In this document: one piece after another, positions 49,331-58,978 of the stretch
How positions within the stretch are numbered: position 1 is the first letter of the stretch
Layout of the letters: every line of letters starts with the position of its first letter
NCBI GenBank assembly: GCA_031411295.1
Contig: JANOAV010000202.1
Location: 56,814 to 120,813 of the forward strand
Reading direction: 5' to 3'
Source of the DNA: Verrucomicrobiales bacterium
GTDB taxonomy: Bacteria > Verrucomicrobiota > Verrucomicrobiia > Verrucomicrobiales > V1-33
DNA length: 64,000 nucleotides
Translations under genes and position numbers: made by a program
The notes under the pieces: generated by a model
Told to the model about the DNA's origin: nothing
Database searches by the model: none
What the model saw: only the letters and a program-made list of their open reading frames with translations

Positions 49331-49680
49331 TTAAAAACAACCCTGCCGAATACTACTTGTGCGTTCATTTGGAATTACCGCCCTGGGATCGTAGTTCGGG
49401 ATTCCAAGGATTTGCGTAACTTTCGTTGATTCGTTACTTGCGATCTCGAAATTGCTATTTGCATCTGTTTTTAACGAAAGATTTTTAATGGAGACGCCTG
49501 CTCCGCCTAACGTGATATCACCCCAACTGATCTCCAATTCGTAAACCGAGCTAGGGGTCTGATCCGTGAGTAAAAAATTTGAACATCAATATCGGACGAG
49601 CCCGTGGTGCCGGTCTGGCCGCAATGCGCCGCTCCTTTGAAGATCACAAAAAATGCGCAAAATATTGCTAGATGTATCAT
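49331..49680 (-). pseudogene. Deleted and frameshifted paralog of the 48561-49322 gene
   Basis: SSDIDVQI vs SDPLDLQI; ISWGDITLGGAGVSIKNLSLKTD vs IIFGTVTLGGEGMRVEDLILVTD, in different frames. Confidence 0.7.
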
Positions 49681-49879
49681 TCTAAACTGTCGGGAGGGTT
49701 GGGGCAGATCCTGATTCTCCCCCCATTTGATGTCGCGATCAACCTCAATGATAAGTTCAATCGCGTTTTTGCCCCGCACAGGCTACGTATCCCTATCTAA
49801 CAAGTCCGAATGTTCGTTTTTGTTCGGTGGCGAATGACTGGCACTTAGCACGGTATAATCCGGCACACCAGCATTTTCC

Positions 49880-50600
49880 TGTTTCGGAACAGTGCGGCGG
49901 CGTATTTTTAGGTGGAGCGGCGGGAACTGGCAGAAGTGGATATTCAGGGACCGAGGGGAAAGTTCGAGTTGGAGCACTCTAGAAATGAGGGAGGGAGGTT
50001 TGCGGTGGAGGCTTGGAATTGGAAGTATCGGGCGCGGAAGAAGTTGGATGTGCGGGGGTATGACAAGGTGATTTATGTGGATGCGACTTGTCTGGCGCTG
50101 CGGAATGCGGATCACTTGCTGGAGGGGGATTGGCATATTGCTTACCAGCCACAGAATCTGGAGCACTGGGCGGAACTGGAATTGCCGGAGGATTGGGGCG
50201 TGCTGTATCTGGGGTGCCAGCATGTGCAGATGCCGGAGAAGTGTGGCACGGGCGGTCCCGCCCGTAAGCCCAGAGACGTCCGGGTTAGAGGAAATGTCCG
50301 ATGGTGAGAGAGGGCAGGTGGTTCTGAATTCTGAGTGATCTGGGGGGCGGGGAAGCGGGTTTGGCTGATGGGCGGGACGCCCATGCCACAGGGCTTGTCC
50401 GAGTCACCAGAGCGTTTGATACGGGTGCGTTTGCGGTGCGTAGGCAAGATTATCAGCAGGTCATTTCTGTGCTCAAGGGCTGCACGAAGGGGCATCCATG
50501 GAAAGTTCCACCGCGTGATCCATTGTTGGCCCGCTTAGTAAACACGGTGCCGATGTATGCTGCGTATCCTAACTTGGCGCGGCAGCGGTCATCGAGTCTC
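49880..50600 (+). pseudogene. Fused glycosyltransferase fragments (DxD-like segment, then GT25-like segment split by a REP-bounded insertion)
   Basis: YDKVIYVDAT; LPEDWGVLYLGCQH; resumes as GLVRVTRAFDTGAFAV..YAAYPNLARQ after the insertion. Confidence 0.62.
50242..50390. mobile_element. 149-bp REPIN/MITE-like element bounded by inverted GTGGCA(C/T)GGGC REPs
   Basis: TGTGGCACGGGCGGTCCCGCCCGT at the left end; ATGGGCGGGACGCCCATGCCACA at the right end. Confidence 0.7.
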
Positions 50601-50844
50601 ATCTGCTTGGCAAAAATTACAGTAGTTATCATCCCAGCGGAGAGCAGAGCGCTAGCTGGCATGTGATGGAAGGATTCTCCGCAGTGTATCACGGTGGCAA
50701 GGTGTGGAGTGGGATTAACACAATTTCCGAGATGGAGAAATTGCCAATGTGGGGACGAAGGTGGCAGGGAATCTAAACCGGGCCCCAGCTAATCCGCTGG
50801 GCCTGCTTACCTAATGAAGGAGCGGGCCGCTCCTTCTCCCTTGG

Positions 50845-51127
50845 CCAAAGTGGCGTTTCTATTTTTGACCATTGGGAATCGTTTGATTTCATTTACATCG
50901 ATGGAGGACATCGCGCCAAAGACGTGCTCTCCAATGCCGCTATGAGTTGGAATCTGCTCAAGCTCGGCGGAGTCGTGATGTTCGACGATTACGGCTGGGG
51001 CGACTGGATGAAAGATCCCCGGATGAAACCCAAGCTGGGGATCGAGCCCTTTGAGGCGGTGTATGGGGATCGGTTGGAACTGCTCTCCTCCGGCTGGCGG
51101 AGGGCATTTCGAAAGATTCTGGCTTGA
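50845..51127 (+). pseudogene. Class I SAM methyltransferase C-terminal fragment joined out of frame to a KVAFLFLT start
   Basis: FDFIYIDGGH..LKLGGVVMFDDY lacks its N-terminal half. Confidence 0.6.
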
Positions 51128-51191
51128 GATGGTAATGCCCTCAGCGTCGCACTTTTAAGCGGAAGCAGCGACCCCAACACCTGTTCCCTCC

Positions 51192-52001
51192 CTATCGTTT
51201 GCGGGAAGCCCATTGCTGGAGGAGGTCGCAGAGCAGCCCGGCGGCCCCTTTCCCGGTGGTTAGGACTTCTTCATGGTTGAGTTCGCCCGGGTGCATGCCC
51301 GCAGCCCAGTTGGTGAGGCAGGAAAAACCCGCCACTTTCATTTTCAGCGCTCGCGCTTGGATAGCTTCCAGCACGGTGGACATGCCAACCGCGTCGGCCC
51401 CGATGGCCCGCAGCATGCGAATTTCCGCAGGTGTCTCATACTGCGGACCGAGGAGCCCCGCATAGACGCCTTCATGCAACGGGACACCAGCAACTGCGGC
51501 CAATCGGCGGAACTCCTGCCGCAGCCCCGCATCATACACTTCCGACATATCGATAAAATTTGGCCCGCCCAACAAGGGGGTGGTGCCCGTGAGATTGAGA
51601 TGATCCGACAGCTGCATCCAAGTCCCGGGCGGATGCGCTGGGTTCAAGGTTCCTGCGGCGTTCGTCAGAATGACCGTGTGACATCCTAACGCATGCAGTA
51701 AACGCACCCCAGCCGTGACTTCTGCCGCCGGGCGGCCCTCATATAAATGAACTCGGCCACGCAAAATGGCCCACGGCTGCCCTCCCACGTTGGCATAGAG
51801 GAGTTCGCCCGCATGACCAGGCACCCCTGAAACGGGCAGGCCGGGAATGTCCGCATAACAGGCCCGGGCCACGATCTCCACCCCATCGGTAAATTGCCCC
51901 AACCCGGAACCTAGCACGATGCCCACTTGCGGGGTGAAATCAGCGGGGAGAACATCGCAGTTTCCAAGGGCACAGGGAGAGGGTAATTCGGTGGTGGGCA
52001 T
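51192..52001 (-). CDS. Purine nucleoside phosphorylase (PNP/XapA type)
   Basis: IVLGSGLG, GRVHLYEG, TNAAG, GPQYETPAE, VGMSTVLE. Confidence 0.93.
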   Translation of the reverse strand: MPTTELPSPCALGNCDVLPADFTPQVGIVLGSGLGQFTDGVEIVARACYADIPGLPVSGVPGHAGELLYANVGGQPWAILRGRVHLYEGRPAAEVTAGVRLLHALGCHTVILTNAAGTLNPAHPPGTWMQLSDHLNLTGTTPLLGGPNFIDMSEVYDAGLRQEFRRLAAVAGVPLHEGVYAGLLGPQYETPAEIRMLRAIGADAVGMSTVLEAIQARALKMKVAGFSCLTNWAAGMHPGELNHEEVLTTGKGAAGLLCDLLQQWASRKR

Positions 52002-52051
52002 GGGGCGAACGTGTCGCTGGAGAGTGCACTTGGCAACTCCGGCGGGGAAAT

Positions 52052-52522
52052 TTAGTCAACCGCGCTTCCGCCCCGAACGAAGAGGAAACGCTGGTTGCCA
52101 GCGAGAATCACATCGCCATCAGTCAAGCGATGCTGGCGAATTTTGACGGGCCGACCCGCAATACGGGTGCCGTTGCTGGATTGTAAATCGGTCACGACAT
52201 AGTCCTCCTCGGCCCGAGTGATCTGGAAATGCTGCCGACTCATTTTCTGGTCATCGGCGGCCCGGAATTCACACGTGCGGCCCCGGCCCACCGTAAAGGT
52301 TTCCGTAAGTGGACACACGGCCTGGGGTTCGTTCGGCTGCTTCCCTAGCACAATCAGCGTAGGAGCTTGCGGGATGGTGGGGAGATACTGTAGCACCAAA
52401 GAGATTTCCTTAAGCCGGGAGAACAAGCCCTCGAAATCCAAACCAACGTGCTCTCCGGCATTGGTGCCGACAAACGTCATTTCTTCAGGGGTAATTGAGT
52501 GGGAGGCAGGGTTTGCTTTCAT
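52052..52522 (-). CDS. FHA domain protein
   Basis: VGR..MSRQH..DLQSSNGT..LTDGD. Confidence 0.9.
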   Translation of the reverse strand: MKANPASHSITPEEMTFVGTNAGEHVGLDFEGLFSRLKEISLVLQYLPTIPQAPTLIVLGKQPNEPQAVCPLTETFTVGRGRTCEFRAADDQKMSRQHFQITRAEEDYVVTDLQSSNGTRIAGRPVKIRQHRLTDGDVILAGNQRFLFVRGGSAVD

Positions 52523-52541
52523 GCTCACAAATATTGGGGGG

Positions 52542-53174
52542 TTAGACCGTATCCAGCGCCTGGATGGTTCCGGCTTGCAAACCGGCTACGATTTCAGTTA
52601 GGCGATCGGTCATGCGATGGCGGATTTGTTTGATGTTATTAAGATTGGTATCGAATTGGACTGCCACTTCATTCGCATCGCGACCTTCGATGGCCACGGC
52701 GCGAAAGATCTCCAAATTACGTGCTGAAATCTGCGGGGTTTGGGTGAGAATCTTCATACCGGACTGGACCAGTTGCAGACGCCAAGCCTTCTCCAGCATC
52801 TCGTCTGCGGGGACGTCATTGCTCTGGAGTTGATTGATCTGAGCGATTTGGCTGCCTTGATCGGTTTGATCCAACGAGGTGGCTTGGTGCTTCTTGGAGC
52901 GTCGCCACGCCTCCTGCGTCTTATTGCGGACCAAGCGCCAGAGCCAGCCACGGAATTTGCCTTTGGCAGGATCGTATTCAAATGTCAGTAACGCCTTGGT
53001 GAGGGACATCATCGTTTCCTGCACCACATCCTGAGCCGCATTGGGATCCAACCCAAACTGCCGCGCCAAGCCAAAAATGGGGCCTGCGTAGATGCGATAG
53101 AACCGCTCCCAATCCTGCGCTGCGCCTTGATTTTTCAAGCGATTCAGCAACGTTATTTGAGTTGGGATGTCCAT
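52542..53174 (-). CDS. ECF RNA polymerase sigma factor (PVC type)
   Basis: TLLNRLK..WERFYRIY..AQDVVQE..FEYDPAKGKFRGWL; region 4 helix-turn-helix. Confidence 0.9.
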   Translation of the reverse strand: MDIPTQITLLNRLKNQGAAQDWERFYRIYAGPIFGLARQFGLDPNAAQDVVQETMMSLTKALLTFEYDPAKGKFRGWLWRLVRNKTQEAWRRSKKHQATSLDQTDQGSQIAQINQLQSNDVPADEMLEKAWRLQLVQSGMKILTQTPQISARNLEIFRAVAIEGRDANEVAVQFDTNLNNIKQIRHRMTDRLTEIVAGLQAGTIQALDTV

Positions 53175-53753
53175 AGATAAAATGGAATTTGAAGAAATTG
53201 GATGGTTTGTCAAGATCTATCCAATTTCAGGATAGCCGCTGGCGACTCAAACGGGGTGCAGGACCGAAACGTCGGCGTTGTTCCAGGCCGGGGCTCTGCG
53301 GCATTGCGTAACTGATTCAGATCAATGTGAGCCGCCATGGTGGCCAGTGCTTCCCCGGCCCCTTCCACCAGCATACTGCGGAATTGCTCTTCCCAAAGGG
53401 TTCCCCGACGTCCTACACGTTTGCTATACTAGTCGTTTCTTCAATAAAAAGCCTGCCACATTGCGTTCTGCTGGATTTGCGTGGGTGATTTTTGCAAGGC
53501 GATGGGCAATTTTTATGGATATCTCGCCTCGCTGCCTGCGCGGCCGGATGGAGATTTGTAAACTTCCATGACCACGAATGGATTGGGACGCCTTGTCATG
53601 GCTAAGGAAAACAGCGGTCGTAAACAACCGTCGTCCACTCGAAAGTCCGCCATGCGTGATTTCCGCAGCCCTCAAGGTTGGGCCAGAGATGTTTCTAGAA
53701 AATGGGAAAACCATTTGCATGAGCGCGTGTCAAGTCTGACCCGTCTTGCGTTC

Positions 53754-56700
53754 ATGAGATTGATCCCAAACCGCTACTTGTTAGTCTGCCTAGTCCTCGC
53801 CATGGCCATCGCTTCGGCGGGCACCTCGTTAGGCCAGTTGATCAACGTGAACTTCACCGGGTCTGCGACGCCGGGATACACCGAAAGCGGCCTTGTCGGG
53901 CCTGGCGGCGGGCTCGGCACGACCTGGAACCAATTCAACGGGCCGGACTCCCCGGGCCCTCTGGTCACTTCCGCCGGGGCGGCCACCACCGTCGCGATCG
54001 ATACCAATTTCGGCCTCCCGAACACCTTCGATTCGCCCGTGATCAACCTCACGATGCTGCGGGGCTCGATGACCAACTTTGGAAAGGGTGTCGATAACAC
54101 GAATGTCACGATCAACGGTTTGGCGGCGGGAGGTCTCTACGACATCTGGTTGGTGACGCTTCGGAATCAACCGTTTAGCAACGGCACGCCCAGTGGCACC
54201 GAGCAATATGTCGGTTGGTGGTCCACCACCAACACGACGTTATCACCCAGCAGCCAACTCGTGGACGCCCGGGGTGCCTCGATCAACACCTCGACTTTTG
54301 TGGCGGGCTACAATTACGTATTTTTTGACAATGTAGTGGCCAACGGCAGCGGCCAAATCGTCTTCACGGGCGTAGCGGGGCCCTTAATCGACGGCTCCAA
54401 CAACAACCATCGCCTGGGGCTCAACGGCCTCCAGATTCAGGAAGCGACGCCACCCGTTGTCGGCCCGGTGAACAACGCCATGTCCACGGTCAGTGCTTCC
54501 CCGGCCTCGGTCTTCGCGAACGGCATTTCCACCTCCACCGTCACGGTGACGCTCAGGGACGCCAATGGATTCGGCGTTCCGAACAAACAGGTCACCCTTG
54601 CCAACACGAGTGGCCCGCCGGCCGCAACCGTCGTGCCGGCGACCGCGCTCACCACCAACTCCTCGGGACAGGCGGGCTTTTCCGTGAGATCGAACACGGT
54701 CGGAACCAATGTTTTTACTGCCACCGTCGTGACCGACTCCCTAACCCTCACCAATACCGCGAGCGTGCAGTTCACCGATCCGGCGGCCCCCGTGGCCTAC
54801 AACGTGAATTTCCACGCCGGTTCCACCGCAACCGGACTCGTCGGCGTGGTAGGTAACTCCGGCGAAACCTGGAACCAAGGCACCACCTCCGTCAGCAACC
54901 TAGTCGATTCGACTGGCACCGTGGCTTCCACCGTCAACGTATCGGGACTGCCCGACGGCGGCTATCCGGTTGACGCGACTTTGAAAGTCTTCTCCGCCAA
55001 CCGGACCTTTTTCGGCAAAGGACAGGATACCACCCTTTCCATCACAGGCCTGCTTCCGAACACGCCCTACGATCTTTACATCTATGCCCTCAGCCACAAC
55101 GTCGCCAGTTGGGGCCAAATCTCCGACACCGAACGGGCGAAGGGGGATTTTGTCACCAGCAACAGTGTGCTCGGCAACGGCCAATCCCAATGGCTGGACA
55201 ACGCGGTGCCGGGCACCAATGGCAACGTCTTCATCCCCAACGGAAATTATGTGGCATTCCAATCCATCGTCACGAACGGCTCGGGCAACATCTCGATCGT
55301 GGTGGATGCTTATGACGGCGTCAATGGAATTGCCGGCGACGGCGACGGTGATTGCCGCTTGCACATCAGCGGGATGCAAATCCGTCCCGCCAGCGGCATG
55401 AGCGTCGATTACGCCGCGTGGCGGAACAGCTACTACCCGACCCTCGGGCTCCCGGGTGCGGACGACGACGGCGACGGCTTGAGCAACGACTACGAACGCA
55501 TCTTCGGCCTCAACCCGAAAAGCGCGGCATCGGCCAGTCCCTATCCCGCGCCCTTCGATCCGAAAACGGGCATTCTGAGCTACTCGCGGCGCGCCATGTC
55601 GAAGAGCAATTTGAATTACAAGGTTTGGTATTCGACCAACCTTCAGCAATGGTTCGAGGACAACTCGGCCAACCAAGCGATCACTTCGACGGTGGGCGAT
55701 GTTGAAATGATGGGCGTCCAAATGGATCCCAACCTGCTGAGTCAACCGAAGCTTTTCCTCCAGGTCAGAGCCACGATAGTCACTGGAATCGATTTACCCC
55801 CCTCGCTGGTCAACCTTTGGGGAAGCGGCAGCACCATCACCCTGCTGTTCTCCGAGCCCATGAACCCGTCCTCCGCCGGCAATCCATCTAATTATTCCGT
55901 GGTGCGGGATGGTGTGGGTGCGATCAATATTACCGGTGCGACCATCAGCAGCGACGGCGGCAGTGTCACCCTGACCCTCGCCTCGGCTCTCGGCATCAAA
56001 ACCGGATACACGGTGAGCATGACTGGAGTGACCAGCGGCACCGGCCAATCGATCGGCACGGCGGTGAGCCGTCAGTTCCGGACTTGGGACAACGATCCGA
56101 CCGGAATCAAGGTCTTCATCCTGGCCGGGCAGTCCAACATGGTTGGATACGGCAGTGTGGAAAACGGAAACGGAAACGTGGCGGGGGCCATGGGCAGCCT
56201 GCGTTACCTAGCGGTGAACGACGCAACCTATCCCGACTACAATTATGCCTCTCTGCTGACGACTCCCAGCCAACCGGCAACCAGCCCGTTCAGGACCCGC
56301 TCCGATGTAAAAGTCTGGTGGCGCAATGGGGCCAACGCCAACCTGGGCGGAGCCATCAGCAAGGGCGACCTCGGCCCTCCCTACCAAGGCGCCGACTCGG
56401 CTAAAATCGGCCCTGAATTTGCCTTTGGGCACGTTCTTGGTGATTTCTACGCCGGAGCCAACGAAGACGTCCTGATCATCAAGTGTGCCTGGGGCGGCCG
56501 CGATCTGGTGAAAGACTTCCGTCCGCCGAGTGCCGTGGCCAAGCGCGGCGGTGTCGTCGGTGCTTTCTACAACGCGACCATCGAACAGACACGCGAGGTG
56601 CTCAACAATCTGGGCACCCAATTTCCCGCATGGTCCGGACGGGGTTATGAGATTGTCGGCTTTGCCTGGCACCAAGGTTACAATGACCGGATCAGCACGG

Positions 56701-57044
56701 TTGCCTCCGCCGAATACAAGAACAACCTCCCGGACCTGATCAGCGACATCCGGACGGCCTTCAACAAGCCGAACCTGCCCTTCGTCATCGCCAGCACCGG
56801 CATGGACATAGGTGCTCCCGAAGCATCACCCTATCCGAGCTACTCCGCCGTCGAGAAGGCCCAGCTCTGGGTGGCCGGCGTGGCCCAGCCCGCCAATGTC
56901 CTCAGCACGGATGCCCGTCCCTTCTGGCGTGAATCCACAGTCTCTCCCGCGAACCAGGGCTATCACTGGAACTGGAGCGCCGAGAGCTACTTCCTGATCG
57001 GCAAAAGCCTGGGCGACAACATGAAGGTGCTGCTCGGCCCATGA
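53754..57044 (+). CDS. Secreted multidomain protein with Big_1/Ig-like domains and a C-terminal sialate O-acetylesterase (SASA/CE6-like SGNH) domain
   Basis: Signal peptide; STVTVTLRDANG invasin-type Ig; VFILAGQSNM, WHQG, YHWN. Confidence 0.85.
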   Translation: MRLIPNRYLLVCLVLAMAIASAGTSLGQLINVNFTGSATPGYTESGLVGPGGGLGTTWNQFNGPDSPGPLVTSAGAATTVAIDTNFGLPNTFDSPVINLTMLRGSMTNFGKGVDNTNVTINGLAAGGLYDIWLVTLRNQPFSNGTPSGTEQYVGWWSTTNTTLSPSSQLVDARGASINTSTFVAGYNYVFFDNVVANGSGQIVFTGVAGPLIDGSNNNHRLGLNGLQIQEATPPVVGPVNNAMSTVSASPASVFANGISTSTVTVTLRDANGFGVPNKQVTLANTSGPPAATVVPATALTTNSSGQAGFSVRSNTVGTNVFTATVVTDSLTLTNTASVQFTDPAAPVAYNVNFHAGSTATGLVGVVGNSGETWNQGTTSVSNLVDSTGTVASTVNVSGLPDGGYPVDATLKVFSANRTFFGKGQDTTLSITGLLPNTPYDLYIYALSHNVASWGQISDTERAKGDFVTSNSVLGNGQSQWLDNAVPGTNGNVFIPNGNYVAFQSIVTNGSGNISIVVDAYDGVNGIAGDGDGDCRLHISGMQIRPASGMSVDYAAWRNSYYPTLGLPGADDDGDGLSNDYERIFGLNPKSAASASPYPAPFDPKTGILSYSRRAMSKSNLNYKVWYSTNLQQWFEDNSANQAITSTVGDVEMMGVQMDPNLLSQPKLFLQVRATIVTGIDLPPSLVNLWGSGSTITLLFSEPMNPSSAGNPSNYSVVRDGVGAINITGATISSDGGSVTLTLASALGIKTGYTVSMTGVTSGTGQSIGTAVSRQFRTWDNDPTGIKVFILAGQSNMVGYGSVENGNGNVAGAMGSLRYLAVNDATYPDYNYASLLTTPSQPATSPFRTRSDVKVWWRNGANANLGGAISKGDLGPPYQGADSAKIGPEFAFGHVLGDFYAGANEDVLIIKCAWGGRDLVKDFRPPSAVAKRGGVVGAFYNATIEQTREVLNNLGTQFPAWSGRGYEIVGFAWHQGYNDRISTVASAEYKNNLPDLISDIRTAFNKPNLPFVIASTGMDIGAPEASPYPSYSAVEKAQLWVAGVAQPANVLSTDARPFWRESTVSPANQGYHWNWSAESYFLIGKSLGDNMKVLLGP

Positions 57045-57128
57045 TTCTTCGGTTTTCCATGTCTCCAAGGCATCCTTGCCTGCAACTTCGCCAATGCGCG
57101 TCAGTGCCAGTTTCCATTGCTCATTGAA

Positions 57129-58771
57129 CCTGAAAACGGCGATTAAAAAAAGGCTGTTCGTGTGGGCGGGCTTACGTAGCGGTGAGTTACGATGCAAACC
57201 ACTCCTGCCGACTCCCCACAGAACAGTGCCTATCCTTTCACACCTCCCTGCCGGGCTGGGCAAGTAAAAATTCAGACCACCTCCAAGCCCGTCACTCCGT
57301 TTGGCGGCGTGCTGCCTCTTTTGGCCTGGTTCGGGCGCATCGGCCTGGTGGCGCGTTGCCGTGAGCTCATGCCTTTTTCCTATGCCTCCCCCAATGCCAT
57401 CCCCACGGAGCACACTCTGCTCGCCTTCCTGCTCTCCGTCATTTTGGGTGGTAGCCGTTTCGCCCATTGTGACTGGCTGCGCTTCGATCAGGCGTTGCAT
57501 GCCATCATGGGCTTGGCGCGCTTTCCTGCCAAGGATGCCATTCGCAGATTCTTTCATCGCTTCGGGCCGGGTGAGTTCCAAAACTTCTGGCGTCCGCTCT
57601 GGGCTTGGTTGCTCACCATGTGGACGCCGCCGCCCAAAGGCTTCACCCTCGATCTCGATAGCACTATCTTCCAGCGCTCGGGACAACAAGAGGGTGCGGC
57701 CAAGGGTTACAACCCCAAACGCCCGGGACGCCTCAGCCACCATCCACTGCTAGCCGTGCTGGCCGAGGCTCCTGTGGTCCTTCACGCCTGGCTGCGCAGC
57801 GGCAACACCGCCGCCTCCCGAGGCGTCAGCGAGTTCCTCAAGGAAGCCCTCTGCCTGCTGCCGGAGGGCTGGCGACTGCGCTGCGTGAGGGCCGACAGCG
57901 GATTCTTCGCCAATGCACTACTGAGCTTTTTGGAAGAACGCGATCTGCCCTACATCGTCGTTGCCAAAATGACCGCTCAGGTCAAATCGCACGCCCGCCG
58001 TCACTGGCAATGGATCGCCCTGGATGCCACCTACAGTGTGGGCGAATTTCGCGCCAAACTTTACGGCTGGGCCACCGCGCGACGCTTTGTTATCGTGCGC
58101 GAACTGGCCTGCGAGAAAAACGACCACAAGACCAAGGGGCGCAAACTCATCGACGTGCCCGGCTACACCTATCGTGTCTGGGTGACCAACTCCCAGCAGC
58201 CAGCGGAGACGATCTGGCGCGACTACAACCTGCGGGCCACCATGGAGCAGCGCATTGAGGAACTCAAAAACGACCTCCACGCCGACGGCTACTGCACGCA
58301 GGAATTTTACGCCACCGAAGCCGCCTTCCTTGCCGTGCTTTTTGCCTTCAACCTGCTGTCCACCTTCCAGGGACAAGTCACGAGCGAGCAAGGGTATCGG
58401 CAGCCCGCCACGCTGCGCAGTGCCGTGTTCATCGGAGGAGCCATATTGGGGCGATCTGGACAACAATCCGTATTGAGGATCTCGGAAAGTTGGGGTGGCG
58501 CGCAAAAGCACAAGCCATTGATAGCGAAGGTCTTAGAGAGTAAAAGAGCCATTGCGGCGCTTTTGCCATATCCGAATTTGACCATCCATCCACTGATCCG
58601 GGGAGACCCCTGGAATCAGCCCCTGATAGAGCCCGGCGGCTGCGAAATCTGACCCCTGAGCGCAAAAAAAGAGGGGTGGCCGCAGTTCCAAAGCAGCCCA
58701 CTCAAGATCCCGCCGAGCCGCCCTGCGACCCGGTCAAACGCGCTCACTCCATCCCAAACGCCGTTTTCGGG
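57129..58771 (+). mobile_element. Complete IS1380-family insertion sequence (1643 bp) with TTGAA target duplication
   Basis: Inverted ends CCTGAAAACGGCG / CGCCGTTTTCGGG; TTGAA at 57124-57128 and 58772-58776. Confidence 0.92.
57192..58652 (+). CDS. IS1380-family DDE transposase
   Basis: TLDLDST, VRADSGF, YNLRATMEQRIEELK. Confidence 0.92.
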   Translation: MQTTPADSPQNSAYPFTPPCRAGQVKIQTTSKPVTPFGGVLPLLAWFGRIGLVARCRELMPFSYASPNAIPTEHTLLAFLLSVILGGSRFAHCDWLRFDQALHAIMGLARFPAKDAIRRFFHRFGPGEFQNFWRPLWAWLLTMWTPPPKGFTLDLDSTIFQRSGQQEGAAKGYNPKRPGRLSHHPLLAVLAEAPVVLHAWLRSGNTAASRGVSEFLKEALCLLPEGWRLRCVRADSGFFANALLSFLEERDLPYIVVAKMTAQVKSHARRHWQWIALDATYSVGEFRAKLYGWATARRFVIVRELACEKNDHKTKGRKLIDVPGYTYRVWVTNSQQPAETIWRDYNLRATMEQRIEELKNDLHADGYCTQEFYATEAAFLAVLFAFNLLSTFQGQVTSEQGYRQPATLRSAVFIGGAILGRSGQQSVLRISESWGGAQKHKPLIAKVLESKRAIAALLPYPNLTIHPLIRGDPWNQPLIEPGGCEI

Positions 58772-58978
58772 TTGAAAGTGGCTCCCGTTTTGATGGTGTG
58801 GTCGATATAGCTTTGGAGATACTCTCGCCAGTTGGACTTCGTCATTGTTAAGAATCGATGCCAGCGTGACCGGCAATTGGGCCGTGGAACGAGTGAACCT
58901 GGCGGTCTATCTGCTGACCACTTCGCCAGAGTTCTGCATCCAGCGATAATTCACCGCATGTCAGGCGACCAATGCGGA

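Noticed and set aside
53215..53750. Long intergenic region as a riboswitch or ncRNA
   Set aside because: Some GC-rich pairing is possible but no recognisable consensus; an Rfam/Infernal search would be needed
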